From positions 6,960 to 70,959 of IMG/VR virus record IMGVR_UViG_3300042905_003454: DNA of 64,000 nucleotides. One strand, 5' to 3'. Source of the DNA: a virus (taxonomy: Duplodnaviria > Caudoviricetes). Position 1 is the first letter of the stretch, and the number at the start of each line of letters is the position of its first letter. The notes below the pieces were generated by a model. It ran no database searches. It was given only the letters and a program-made list of their open reading frames with translations, and had not been told where the DNA came from. Positions 55,731 through 64,000 of the stretch are shown one piece after another. The translations under genes were made by a program, and so were the position numbers.

Positions 55731-56800
55731 TGTTGATAAATTACGGTAATACCTACTGGAGCCAATGATGAAAGATAACTTACTAATTGTGCTTGTTCAG
55801 TAATTCCAAGATTGGTGACAAACACCTTTACCTGACCAGCAAGCAATCCGTTTGAAACACTAATTAAAGATTCATCGGATGTTCCGGGTATTCCAGAACT
55901 TAAAATTGCATTTTTATAATCACGGATGGTAACACATCTTTCTTGGCCTGTTGCTTTGAACAAAAGAGAGGATTTGGCACGGGCTACGCTAATTTCATCA
56001 TATCCACCCGATGGATCACCTGAAGTTCCAAAGATAGTGTTGGCTCTTGGTGTAATAACTCCATTATTTCCAGCAGAACCGTTGCTTAAAATTCCTCTGA
56101 CGACTATTTTACTTGATGTAGTCAACTGGCGTGCAGATGAAAAATTGTTTGTAACGATGTAGCCCCTTGGACCATTTATAATTGTAAAATGGGTGTTATT
56201 TGAAGTTTTTGTAGTTGATGTTTTTTCAACTCTAGTCCACTTAGTTTCTACTTCCGTGATAACATCGGTTTCATAAAAATTTACTGTTTCTGGGTTTATT
56301 GTGTATGGAATTTCACAAGACTGGGTATCATAGTCATAATTTGTATAACTTATGACATCAAAACCCGAATACAAATCAATTGATTTAGAAGTATTTGCAG
56401 TTATTCCCTCTATGTTAAAGAAAAACAAATCAGATCCATTTGTTCCCTTTCCATTAAAGGTGCTGTACTCGGGAAGAGCAGTCGTTGTGGTGATTGTTCT
56501 GTTTGTCTTGGCGGAAAGAGTTGGAACTAACAATACCCCATTATTAGATGCGATTCCAAGCAAAGACTCCAAGACTGTTGCAGTTGTGGCAAAAGAATTA
56601 ATAAATCCATATTGAGCATAAACGCCATTGTATGCAGTTACCGTTGACAAAATATTGATTAAAAGATTGACTGCGCTGGCTTCGTTTCGAAAATCAAGAT
56701 CCTTCAAATCACTTTGTTTTTCCAAAAAAGTGGTGAGAGAATTTTTGATATCATCAAAATCCAAAGAAGCGACATTGAGATTTTTTAGGTTATAAGTCAT
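55727..56800 (-). CDS. gp6: baseplate wedge subunit (short)
   Basis: LDFDDIK.SL..FL, D.DF...A...LI.ILS, GG.DE.S, Q.RCVT..DY; likely start MTYN. Confidence 0.82.
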   Translation of the reverse strand: MTYNLKNLNVASLDFDDIKNSLTTFLEKQSDLKDLDFRNEASAVNLLINILSTVTAYNGVYAQYGFINSFATTATVLESLLGIASNNGVLLVPTLSAKTNRTITTTTALPEYSTFNGKGTNGSDLFFFNIEGITANTSKSIDLYSGFDVISYTNYDYDTQSCEIPYTINPETVNFYETDVITEVETKWTRVEKTSTTKTSNNTHFTIINGPRGYIVTNNFSSARQLTTSSKIVVRGILSNGSAGNNGVITPRANTIFGTSGDPSGGYDEISVARAKSSLLFKATGQERCVTIRDYKNAILSSGIPGTSDESLISVSNGLLAGQVKVFVTNLGITEQAQLVSYLSSLAPVGITVIYQQ

Positions 56801-57177
56801 TAAAGTGGGACCTCTACGAAACAAGATATGTTTCTTTGTGTTTTTATGCCATCATAGAAGGAAAAGAATACTTGAAACTCCATCGTAGTATTTGTTTGTC
56901 TCATCAGATTTACTTTGACTTCTGTGATTTTTGGGATGGCTGCAGCAATGTATGCTGAAAGATTTGTTTCTAAAACACCCGGATCGTTTGTTCCAAATAT
57001 GTAAGTAAAATAATCCGTACCAAAATTCATGTCAGTCACCAGTTCACCTTTTTGGGTTTTCATTATATTTTCTATGTACTGTGCATAGGCATTATAACCA
57101 CTCACCAAACTTATATCTTTTTTGGTGGCAGATGTGGTAACTGGCTCTAAAAGTATTGAAAAATCTTTTGCAAGCAT
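56800..57177 (-). CDS. gp25: baseplate wedge subunit gp25-like
   Basis: I.NI..T.KGE......FG; synteny; CTAAATA 6 nt upstream. Confidence 0.75.
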   Translation of the reverse strand: MLAKDFSILLEPVTTSATKKDISLVSGYNAYAQYIENIMKTQKGELVTDMNFGTDYFTYIFGTNDPGVLETNLSAYIAAAIPKITEVKVNLMRQTNTTMEFQVFFSFYDGIKTQRNISCFVEVPL

Positions 57178-57209
57178 ACCAAATATTTAGACAGAGCAAA
57201 TTACGGTAA

Positions 57210-57950
57210 TTATGGAACCAAAGCAGTCAAGGCTAAAGCAGTTTCGTGGGTTCCAGAATTACTAACAACATGTTTTACACCAATTATATAATAAGAACCT
57301 GTTAAAATTGATGGGATACTGTTATAAGGAAAGCCACTTGAATTATCTACCTTTATATTAACTAATTGTCCTATTTTTAATTTAAAATCACCCGGAACCG
57401 TTATATTTACCTTGGTGCTGTATTTCAATGAATCTAAAAATTCAGCACGTTTGACTGGTGTGTTTTTGGGGGTATTCCAAAATGTAGCCACATTTAATCT
57501 TAATTTTAAATAAGCATGAAAAAATGGACCAATTTTTGGACAAGTGCAACTAAATGATGCTGATGGAGTCCCCCAAAGACATCCAAGCCAATCTGGGCCC
57601 AATTGAGCATTTATTTTTTGACATTCACCAGAAGCATTATCAAAATAAATGTCAACTGGATTTGTTGTTTGTTCTACACTCTGAGAAGGAACTGCAGATC
57701 CAGTAAATAAATCATAAACATAAGATGGCGCTCCACATGATCCAGCACAAATACCTTTTATGAATCCTATGTTTTCACCAATTTTTTTTACACTAGGGAA
57801 TGTATTGAAACATTCATCCAATGTTCCGGGTGCCCCACAGATACCTCTAGTAATTGTGCTATTTGAACAAGTGTAAACGGATTTGGAATTTCCAACAAAT
57901 AAAGCTTGTTGAGAAAGATTTGATCCAAAGGTTGTAATTTGTTTGGTCAT
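57210..57950 (-). CDS. baseplate hub-like protein, C-terminal module
   Basis: ITVPGDF.LKIGQLV.I...LTGSYYIIGVKH, typical of the hub/late-control-D C-terminus; Cys-rich N-terminus. Confidence 0.55.
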   Translation of the reverse strand: MTKQITTFGSNLSQQALFVGNSKSVYTCSNSTITRGICGAPGTLDECFNTFPSVKKIGENIGFIKGICAGSCGAPSYVYDLFTGSAVPSQSVEQTTNPVDIYFDNASGECQKINAQLGPDWLGCLWGTPSASFSCTCPKIGPFFHAYLKLRLNVATFWNTPKNTPVKRAEFLDSLKYSTKVNITVPGDFKLKIGQLVNIKVDNSSGFPYNSIPSILTGSYYIIGVKHVVSNSGTHETALALTALVP

Positions 57951-57976
57951 GTTTGTTTCTATTCTTGTTTAAATCA

Positions 57977-59878
57977 TTAAGGTATATCGCAGCAACCATC
58001 TACGACATTTTCTGCGGTAAAGTAGTAGAAATAATTATTGCCTTCTGTGTGTTTACATAGTTTCACAATATGATAAATGTCACCACAAGAACCAGCATCT
58101 ATTCCTTTAGCTCCAATCGGCCTATAATTAAATCCTGTGGGAATACAATCAGGAACCCATCCCGGTGGAAGATAAGAATTGGTTATGCCTCGCTCATTCA
58201 GATTGATGGCCCAAGAATTGTCTTGTGTGTCTGAAGATTTTATGGTAGAAAGAGACCAGTTTTCCATGTGATGGAAATAAGTCCCACCACAAGCACCACT
58301 AAAGCAACCATCGGCTCCCTTGCCACCACAAAGGCCAGTGGCATCAAAATCTATTTTATTCCACATGTACCGATATGCTTTTTGATCTGCGCCTGTGTAT
58401 CCTTTAGTACAATCTACTTCATATTTTTTCAATACTGCAAAGAAGCAATCATCGGGATTTGTTCCCATGCAACACAAAGAATACAAAACAAAGTTTTGCA
58501 TTTCAAGTTTTCTTAAGAACTCCAAGTTATTCTGTTCTCCTGATACGCCATCAATAAAATTATTGTAACGAATATCAAGAACTTTTTGGAGATTTGTGCT
58601 AGTCCCCAACGGATACCCAGTGGTATTTGGGAAATCAGGATGTACCGTTGTCATGTCAAACATGTTTTTCCACATTTGAGTGTTATCAACAAACGGCATG
58701 TATCCAGATGCACCCATGAAGTTCATACTTTCAAAAAACTTTGATGTGCCAAAATTTTGTCCAAGTAGTGTGGTGCTTGTGAAATGATCAATTGAATCTA
58801 AATTATCATAATATCCCCAATGATGGGGATAAACTAGTTGTTCTGCACCGGGAGTAGAAAAATTGGTTCCAGAAGATCCAACAATTTCAAGGTTGTATCT
58901 TTGTCCCTCATCGTGGAACTGATACATTAATGTTTTTGTTATGTATTCATCTAATTGACTTGTGAGAGAATTGCCGGAACTGTTTGCTGATGCACACAAC
59001 CCAGCAGGAATTTCATCCAACACCTTTGGTGTTTTTCTTACATAATAATAATTTTTAGAAATGTATTGTGCTGCTGGCTCAGTATTGTAGAAATATATTT
59101 TTTTATAGAATTGATCATCGCCAGTCAACCTTTGTTCAACCGCATCGCCTTCAAAAATAGCAAAATAATGTTCAATTGGTTCCGATGAAATATCATACTT
59201 AAATGCTTTAAAATTTACTGCTCCACTGAAATCTGTCCAAAACATAAATGTTGGAAGATTTGTATCTGTAGATATTGCACTAGTTGTTATGTAATTTAAA
59301 TACTCAATCGCATTGTCGGAAACTGCTTCTGTTCTGTTTGGAAGAGTATTTAATGGTTTATAGAGAATATAATTGGTAGTATCATCAGTATACTCTCCTT
59401 CTAACCCTAGACTCCCCAATACATCCGTTCGTAGAATGCTGACAAAATCTTCGATTCTATAAACATTTGGTTTTTTTATTGCCAACAATTCATTCAAGGA
59501 AGTTGTTTGAGATTTGATGTAATATTTGTTGGTAAAGTAAATACCAACAAAGTTTTCCTCAGTATCTGAAGCGGCATTGTTCAAATAACTTACGCTTGTT
59601 ATGTCAACTCCCCAAACAGGAGCAGAGGAATCAAAAAATTCAATTATTAATGAACTAAATTTATTTGTATTGATTGCAGTTATAATGTCTTTGGTATCTT
59701 TGACTATCAAAACACCATTTGGAAAAACATCGTTTACATTTTCTACAAATTCAATTCTTTCAAATACACATTCTGTATTTTGCCTAATAATATTCAATGC
59801 ATCAACAGATCCATCTGTGGAGGCAAAATTGATACTTTTTATAACAGAATATGATGGATTAAAATTAAAATCAGACAT
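57977..59878 (-). CDS. baseplate hub-like protein, N-terminal module
   Basis: IEFVEN.ND.F..G.L...D, FMFW.D....NFK; follows gp53; Cys-rich C-terminus. Confidence 0.5.
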   Translation of the reverse strand: MSDFNFNPSYSVIKSINFASTDGSVDALNIIRQNTECVFERIEFVENVNDVFPNGVLIVKDTKDIITAINTNKFSSLIIEFFDSSAPVWGVDITSVSYLNNAASDTEENFVGIYFTNKYYIKSQTTSLNELLAIKKPNVYRIEDFVSILRTDVLGSLGLEGEYTDDTTNYILYKPLNTLPNRTEAVSDNAIEYLNYITTSAISTDTNLPTFMFWTDFSGAVNFKAFKYDISSEPIEHYFAIFEGDAVEQRLTGDDQFYKKIYFYNTEPAAQYISKNYYYVRKTPKVLDEIPAGLCASANSSGNSLTSQLDEYITKTLMYQFHDEGQRYNLEIVGSSGTNFSTPGAEQLVYPHHWGYYDNLDSIDHFTSTTLLGQNFGTSKFFESMNFMGASGYMPFVDNTQMWKNMFDMTTVHPDFPNTTGYPLGTSTNLQKVLDIRYNNFIDGVSGEQNNLEFLRKLEMQNFVLYSLCCMGTNPDDCFFAVLKKYEVDCTKGYTGADQKAYRYMWNKIDFDATGLCGGKGADGCFSGACGGTYFHHMENWSLSTIKSSDTQDNSWAINLNERGITNSYLPPGWVPDCIPTGFNYRPIGAKGIDAGSCGDIYHIVKLCKHTEGNNYFYYFTAENVVDGCCDIP

Positions 59879-60721
59879 TTACTTATATTTAGTGGTCACA
59901 AACATGGTTTTTAATTTTCCAGTTTCAATTGGAATATAAGCAGAAATAGTTTTGGATTCTAATTGAATTTCTTGTATGGCTGTTGTGGAAATTGCTTCAG
60001 TACCATTTGGAATGGGTGGTGTAGATTTACCTTTTGATGAACCTTTTCCTTTACTCGGCTCTCCAATTACTTCAATTTTTCCTTCTTCCGAGAATTCTAC
60101 CTTTACTACTTCTTTTGTCGCACTTTTTGTGTTTGTTGGAAGGAGAGGTTTTTCTATTGCATAAGTTCCACCAGATGTTGGGTATACAATTACCACAGAT
60201 GAACCAGTAGTTCCATCTTGTGAAATAAATTCAAAAGTCGCACCTCTTTGATCTTTTATAATCATTTTGTCTTGATAATAAGATACGCTTTCAATTATTG
60301 AAAGTGGACCGTTTAAATCAAAATTACCAACTGAGGAATAAGAATAAGAACCACCTGTATTACTTTTAAATGGAAGAATAATACTTCCTTTGGGGAAAGT
60401 ATATGAAGTTGTTCCTGCTATGTCTTTGGTTAACTCAAGGCTCGTCTTAACTTCATTCTCGGTCAAGAACAACACAGAGTTTTCCGACAACAGCGTAAAT
60501 GGATTTATTGTTTCGTTAGAAGAAACAAACATCCAAAAAGAGTTTGGATCATTATAGTTTAAATGTGCTGCTTCTAATAAGGTTTTTTTGGAATCGATGG
60601 TTATATTTGATTTTGTTACTGTTAAAAGATTAGGATCCAAAAAAGTAAAGAAATCAGAAATTAAAAAATTTCCTATTGTACTTTCAAATGTCTTTTTGGG
60701 AAGATTTTCAAAATACTTCAT
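59879..60721 (-). CDS. baseplate wedge gp53-like
   Basis: MKYFENLP, A...Y.DP..FW.....N..INPF; synteny. Confidence 0.7.
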   Translation of the reverse strand: MKYFENLPKKTFESTIGNFLISDFFTFLDPNLLTVTKSNITIDSKKTLLEAAHLNYNDPNSFWMFVSSNETINPFTLLSENSVLFLTENEVKTSLELTKDIAGTTSYTFPKGSIILPFKSNTGGSYSYSSVGNFDLNGPLSIIESVSYYQDKMIIKDQRGATFEFISQDGTTGSSVVIVYPTSGGTYAIEKPLLPTNTKSATKEVVKVEFSEEGKIEVIGEPSKGKGSSKGKSTPPIPNGTEAISTTAIQEIQLESKTISAYIPIETGKLKTMFVTTKYK

Positions 60722-60724
60722 ATA

Positions 60725-61570
60725 TCACCTACTAGCCCCAAAACTAAATGTTGATATTTCGGATTTTGACCAAGTTGCATTGAATTGTGGAAAATATGTT
60801 CCAGTTTCAAATTCGGTAAACAACAAACCCAATAATGTTACTGAAGAGTTTCCATTTGGTAGATAACGAACAATGCTGTCAGCTTCGTCATTCTTTTTGA
60901 CTACAACGCTCTGTAAAACACAAACCAAGGGTTCTCCTAGCCAATTTGCAGTCAGATTTCCCGGTGTAAACTCATCTGATGAAGTAGATACTGTTGGAGC
61001 TACGTTTCCTCTTGAAACATAAAGAGACCACAAATTTTGAGGATATGATCTTTCCGGCAATCCATCTGCTACTGCTGGATAAGATGCTTTTCTGAATGAT
61101 CCTACTATATTTTCTACTGCTTGGGATTCAGCATCAGATTTTGGAGCAAACACATATTGGAAAAAATATTGTTTTCTGGCTTCAGAAACCATAGTATATT
61201 CTGCAATGTTGCTGAAGCGTCTATAAGTAGATGTTGCAAACATTCTTTCAGCAAAAAATGTAGCTGGCTGAAAAACTCTGGCCAACATGTTCACACCACC
61301 TGCACCAAAAAGATTACCACCGCTATTAGCAATTCCTGCTCTTGAGAGGATGGGTCCAACAGGGTTGTTGTTGCTTTCTCCGAAGTTGTGTTGCAACTGA
61401 TAACCCGGTTCTTTGGGCATTGGGAGTTTCAAGTGCAAAAAAGAACGATTGACCACTCCGGGTCTGGTACGATCAATGTTTCTCAAAGAATATTGAGCAG
61501 CATAAAAATTCAACCAAAGTGGTTGTTCTGCAGCATAAGCACCCAAAGGGTATTGTTGGAAGTAGGCCAT
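60725..61570 (-). CDS. baseplate tail-tube cap gp48-like
   Basis: YP, L.LPMP, R..FF.Y.FAPKS..ES..V..IV..FR...YP, L.FTE.E. Confidence 0.7.
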   Translation of the reverse strand: MAYFQQYPLGAYAAEQPLWLNFYAAQYSLRNIDRTRPGVVNRSFLHLKLPMPKEPGYQLQHNFGESNNNPVGPILSRAGIANSGGNLFGAGGVNMLARVFQPATFFAERMFATSTYRRFSNIAEYTMVSEARKQYFFQYVFAPKSDAESQAVENIVGSFRKASYPAVADGLPERSYPQNLWSLYVSRGNVAPTVSTSSDEFTPGNLTANWLGEPLVCVLQSVVVKKNDEADSIVRYLPNGNSSVTLLGLLFTEFETGTYFPQFNATWSKSEISTFSFGASR

Positions 61571-61579
61571 CTCTATTGT

Positions 61580-61603
61580 TATTTAGATAAAATTACCTAA
61601 ATA
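61580..61603. promoter_or_regulatory. back-to-back late promoters CTAAATA (- at 61580-61586; + at 61597-61603)
   Basis: 38-bp divergent gap between the gp48-like gene and gp4. Confidence 0.7.
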
Positions 61604-61608
61604 TTTGC

Positions 61609-62025
61609 ATGGCTTATAAGACCAAATTTACGCCCATTAATAAAGACAAATATGTCGGGGATGCAAATAAAATCATTTGCAGATCATTGTGGGAACGAAA
61701 TATTTGTAAGTTTTGTGACCTGACTGAGAATATCGTTAAATGGTCATTTGAAGAGATAATTGTCCCTTATATCAATCCATTGGACAAAAAACAACACAAC
61801 TATTTTCCAGATTTTATCATCCAATTTAACAATCCTGATGGTTTAAAAACGTGGATGGTTGAGGTTAAGCCTAAGAAGCAGACATATTTAAAAGAAAACG
61901 CATCCAAAAAAGAAAAGATAACTTGGATTATCAATTCGGCAAAATGGGAAGCCGCCAAAAGATACTGTGATAAAAATAACATGGAATTTAAACTTATTAC
62001 AGAAAAAGAGATATTTGCCAAATGA
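61609..62025 (+). CDS. gp4: head completion nuclease
   Basis: P.N..KY.GD...I..RSLWE, W..EEI.VPY, YFPDF, EVKP, N.AKW.AA. Confidence 0.92.
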   Translation: MAYKTKFTPINKDKYVGDANKIICRSLWERNICKFCDLTENIVKWSFEEIIVPYINPLDKKQHNYFPDFIIQFNNPDGLKTWMVEVKPKKQTYLKENASKKEKITWIINSAKWEAAKRYCDKNNMEFKLITEKEIFAK

Positions 62026-62579
62026 GCAATTCAATCAACGACATCAAATCATTTTTTGATAGACACAAAGGACTTCAAAGAAACAACCGCTACTCGGTGT
62101 CCTTTGTTAATCTGCCTTCTGGATTGCCACAATTGGCTCCAGACGACATCCAGACCATTGCCGTGGCAATGGGGTCCCGAGCCATCGACACCTTAGCAGA
62201 CAATCTAACTGGCTTTGGCCCCGGAAGACTTGTTCCCAGATATCAAAAGTTTGTAGGTGGTGTCATGTTGAGCATGCCCATCACCAACGACAACTTTATT
62301 GTTGATTTCTTCAATCAATGGTTTAATAAAATTTACAGTGGTGGCAGAGTTGCTGGTTCTGCCCAAGCACCATTTGGTGTATCTTATTACAATGACATCA
62401 TATATGGCACCGAAATGCATATTAAACTCTTGGATCCAAACGGGAATACAAACCGAACTTTTAAATTTTATGAAGTATATCCTTTGGAAAACCTTCCCTT
62501 TACTTTGGAAATGGCACGACCAAATGAATATTTGCTTTATCAGGTTTTGATGAATTACAGAGAATTTACAATTAGTTAA
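62022..62579 (+). CDS. tail-tube-fold baseplate initiator (gp54-like)
   Basis: G.QR.NRY.V, FF.QW...I, YY.D, EVYP; position after gp4. Confidence 0.65.
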   Translation: MSNSINDIKSFFDRHKGLQRNNRYSVSFVNLPSGLPQLAPDDIQTIAVAMGSRAIDTLADNLTGFGPGRLVPRYQKFVGGVMLSMPITNDNFIVDFFNQWFNKIYSGGRVAGSAQAPFGVSYYNDIIYGTEMHIKLLDPNGNTNRTFKFYEVYPLENLPFTLEMARPNEYLLYQVLMNYREFTIS

Positions 62580-62588
62580 AGGAATTTT

Positions 62589-63251
62589 ATGAATATTGTT
62601 GAACAGATTGAATCTTTATTGCCTTCGTATGAAACTCAATTGCCATTTTCAAAGCAAAATGTTTCATTTACATCCTTTAAAGTAAAAGATGCAAAGTCAC
62701 TGGCACTTATTCTCCAAGAAGACAACAAAAAGTTGGCATTAAAAAACATGGTTGAGCTATTGAAACAATATTCAAAAGGAGCTGACATTGAAAGTTTGTG
62801 TCTGGCGGATGCTGAATACTTGTTTTTGCAAATACGGGCCAAAAGCGTAGATGAAATTTTGAACTTGATTTACAATGATGAAAAGGTTCAAGTAAACATT
62901 GCCAACATAGAACCACGAAATCAAATAGGAGAAGAAGAAGTACGGGTGTCTTCCAAGATCACTCTTATTCTCCAAACACCTACGATCAAAGATATTCTTA
63001 GACTTCCATCGTTGGAAAAAGAAGAACTTCAAAAGGCATGTATTGAAAAAATTATTGTTGAGAAAGAAATCTATAAAATAAACAAATTCGTGACAGATGA
63101 AATTAAGCAAGCAATTGACAACATGCCTTTGTCTGTTTTAAACAAAATAGATTCTTTTTTGAAAAAACAACCAGAACTTTTTGTAAAAATTCAACTCTCA
63201 AATGAAGAAAAGGAGGTCAGTGGTTTACTGAATTTTTTTACTTATCGGTAA
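62589..63251 (+). CDS. gp26: baseplate hub assembly protein
   Basis: P.YE..LP.S, F.VK..K.L, D.EYLFLQIRAKSV.E, GL.NFF. Confidence 0.85.
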   Translation: MNIVEQIESLLPSYETQLPFSKQNVSFTSFKVKDAKSLALILQEDNKKLALKNMVELLKQYSKGADIESLCLADAEYLFLQIRAKSVDEILNLIYNDEKVQVNIANIEPRNQIGEEEVRVSSKITLILQTPTIKDILRLPSLEKEELQKACIEKIIVEKEIYKINKFVTDEIKQAIDNMPLSVLNKIDSFLKKQPELFVKIQLSNEEKEVSGLLNFFTYR

Positions 63252-63262
63252 AGTTTTTTGAT

Positions 63263-63445
63263 TTGAGGGATTATTTCAACACAAACTTTACCATGATAAA
63301 CAACTTTTCTTGGTCGTTGGAAGACATAGAAAACATGAAATGCTGGGAAAGAGACATCTACATACAATTAATCGCTGAATATCAAGAAAAGAAAAAACAA
63401 AGTTCCATGAATTCACACAACGGAATAAACTACTTTAACCTATGA
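63263..63445 (+). CDS. small baseplate hub assembly protein (gp51-like)
   Basis: NF.M.....WSL.DIENM..WERDIY; follows gp26. Confidence 0.75.
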   Translation: MRDYFNTNFTMINNFSWSLEDIENMKCWERDIYIQLIAEYQEKKKQSSMNSHNGINYFNL

Positions 63446-63876
63446 ACGAAGAAAATAAATTTTCTCTAGATGTCCAAGCAGAAACTCAAGCAATTTCTCC
63501 TTCAATACAGGAGGACTTGCTAAACCCGTCTGAATTTATAAATTTGCAACCATCGCTGGAACTTCCACCGAGAATTCTTATTCAGGCAACCGAAGTTGAT
63601 GTTGAAGAGAATGTCAAAGCACAGCGATCAGAAACCGCTGGTTTGGATTTCAATGTAAAGATGGATGCCGAGGCTGCTTATGAAAAAGCAGAATACTTGG
63701 AAGAGCAGATGACGGAAATGCGTGGTGGGTTTCAGGATCTTTACAACAATGTGAAAAACAATTGGCTTCCTTCTCGCCAAAAAGACGAATTTGAAGAAAG
63801 ACCAACAACGGAACCCACCAATCTTATCTTCTATGCTCGCAGAGATAGAATGAGCATGCCCCCACACTGGTCTTAA
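63442..63876 (+). CDS. acidic hypothetical protein
   Basis: 144-aa ORF coupled (ATGA) to the gp51-like gene, ending at a terminator. Confidence 0.6.
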   Translation: MNEENKFSLDVQAETQAISPSIQEDLLNPSEFINLQPSLELPPRILIQATEVDVEENVKAQRSETAGLDFNVKMDAEAAYEKAEYLEEQMTEMRGGFQDLYNNVKNNWLPSRQKDEFEERPTTEPTNLIFYARRDRMSMPPHWS

Positions 63877-63878
63877 AT

Positions 63879-63907
63879 AAAAAAAGCCCCCTTTCGGGGG
63901 CCTTTTT
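63879..63907. terminator. probably bidirectional rho-independent terminator
   Basis: A-tract, ccccc-tttc-ggggg, T-tract, between convergent genes. Confidence 0.85.
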
Positions 63908-64000
63908 CAATCGTTCTCCATTTCGGAGAAGTACTGCAGAGGATCTTTCTCTTCAACATTTTCCACAACTGAAGATTCCTCCACATCGTCTTCGATGCTC
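63907..64000 (-). CDS. gp32: 3' end of ssDNA-binding protein (partial)
   Basis: Acidic tail ...SIEDDVEESSVVENVEEKDPLQYFSEMEND*, with the D.L.YF end typical of gp32; synteny. Confidence 0.65.
   Translation of the reverse strand, partial: SIEDDVEESSVVENVEEKDPLQYFSEMEND

Noticed and set aside
1-64000. Stop-codon reassignment and tRNA genes
   Set aside because: Core genes are full length in the standard code, and the short intergenic gaps show no cloverleaf I could recognise

Overview
A 64-kb segment of a large T4-like (Tevenvirinae/Kyanoviridae-type) myovirus genome, densely coding in the standard genetic code. From left to right it holds: (i) the replication block (gp40-like, uvsX, gp43 polymerase, an Nmad1/DUF1599-like gene); (ii) a short + strand late unit with holin-like genes and a lipoprotein; (iii) dUTPase; (iv) about 12 kb of fibre/adhesin genes, including a tandemly duplicated 4-gene LRR (DUF285/BspA-like) cassette and collagen-repeat proteins; (v) a TPR-bearing GT2; (vi) regA-gp62-gp44-gp45, then gp46-gp47-gp55; (vii) an AT-rich 16-gene glycan biosynthesis island; (viii) uvsY-uvsW; (ix) the head, neck and tail block (gp3, gp23 to gp13); (x) an apparently reduced baseplate block; and (xi) the 3' end of gp32. 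The best candidate for an undescribed system is virion O-/S-glycosylation: a SunS-like GT2-TPR and the glycan island, with a G-x-[T/S/C] motif recurring in structural proteins but not in enzymes. Also notable are eight sigma70-type promoters that all have an exact 16-bp spacer, many promoters abutting start codons (likely leaderless mRNAs), a u-spanin-like mini lipoprotein and a repeat-rich putative origin at uvsY. All product calls come from motif recognition and synteny, not database searches.
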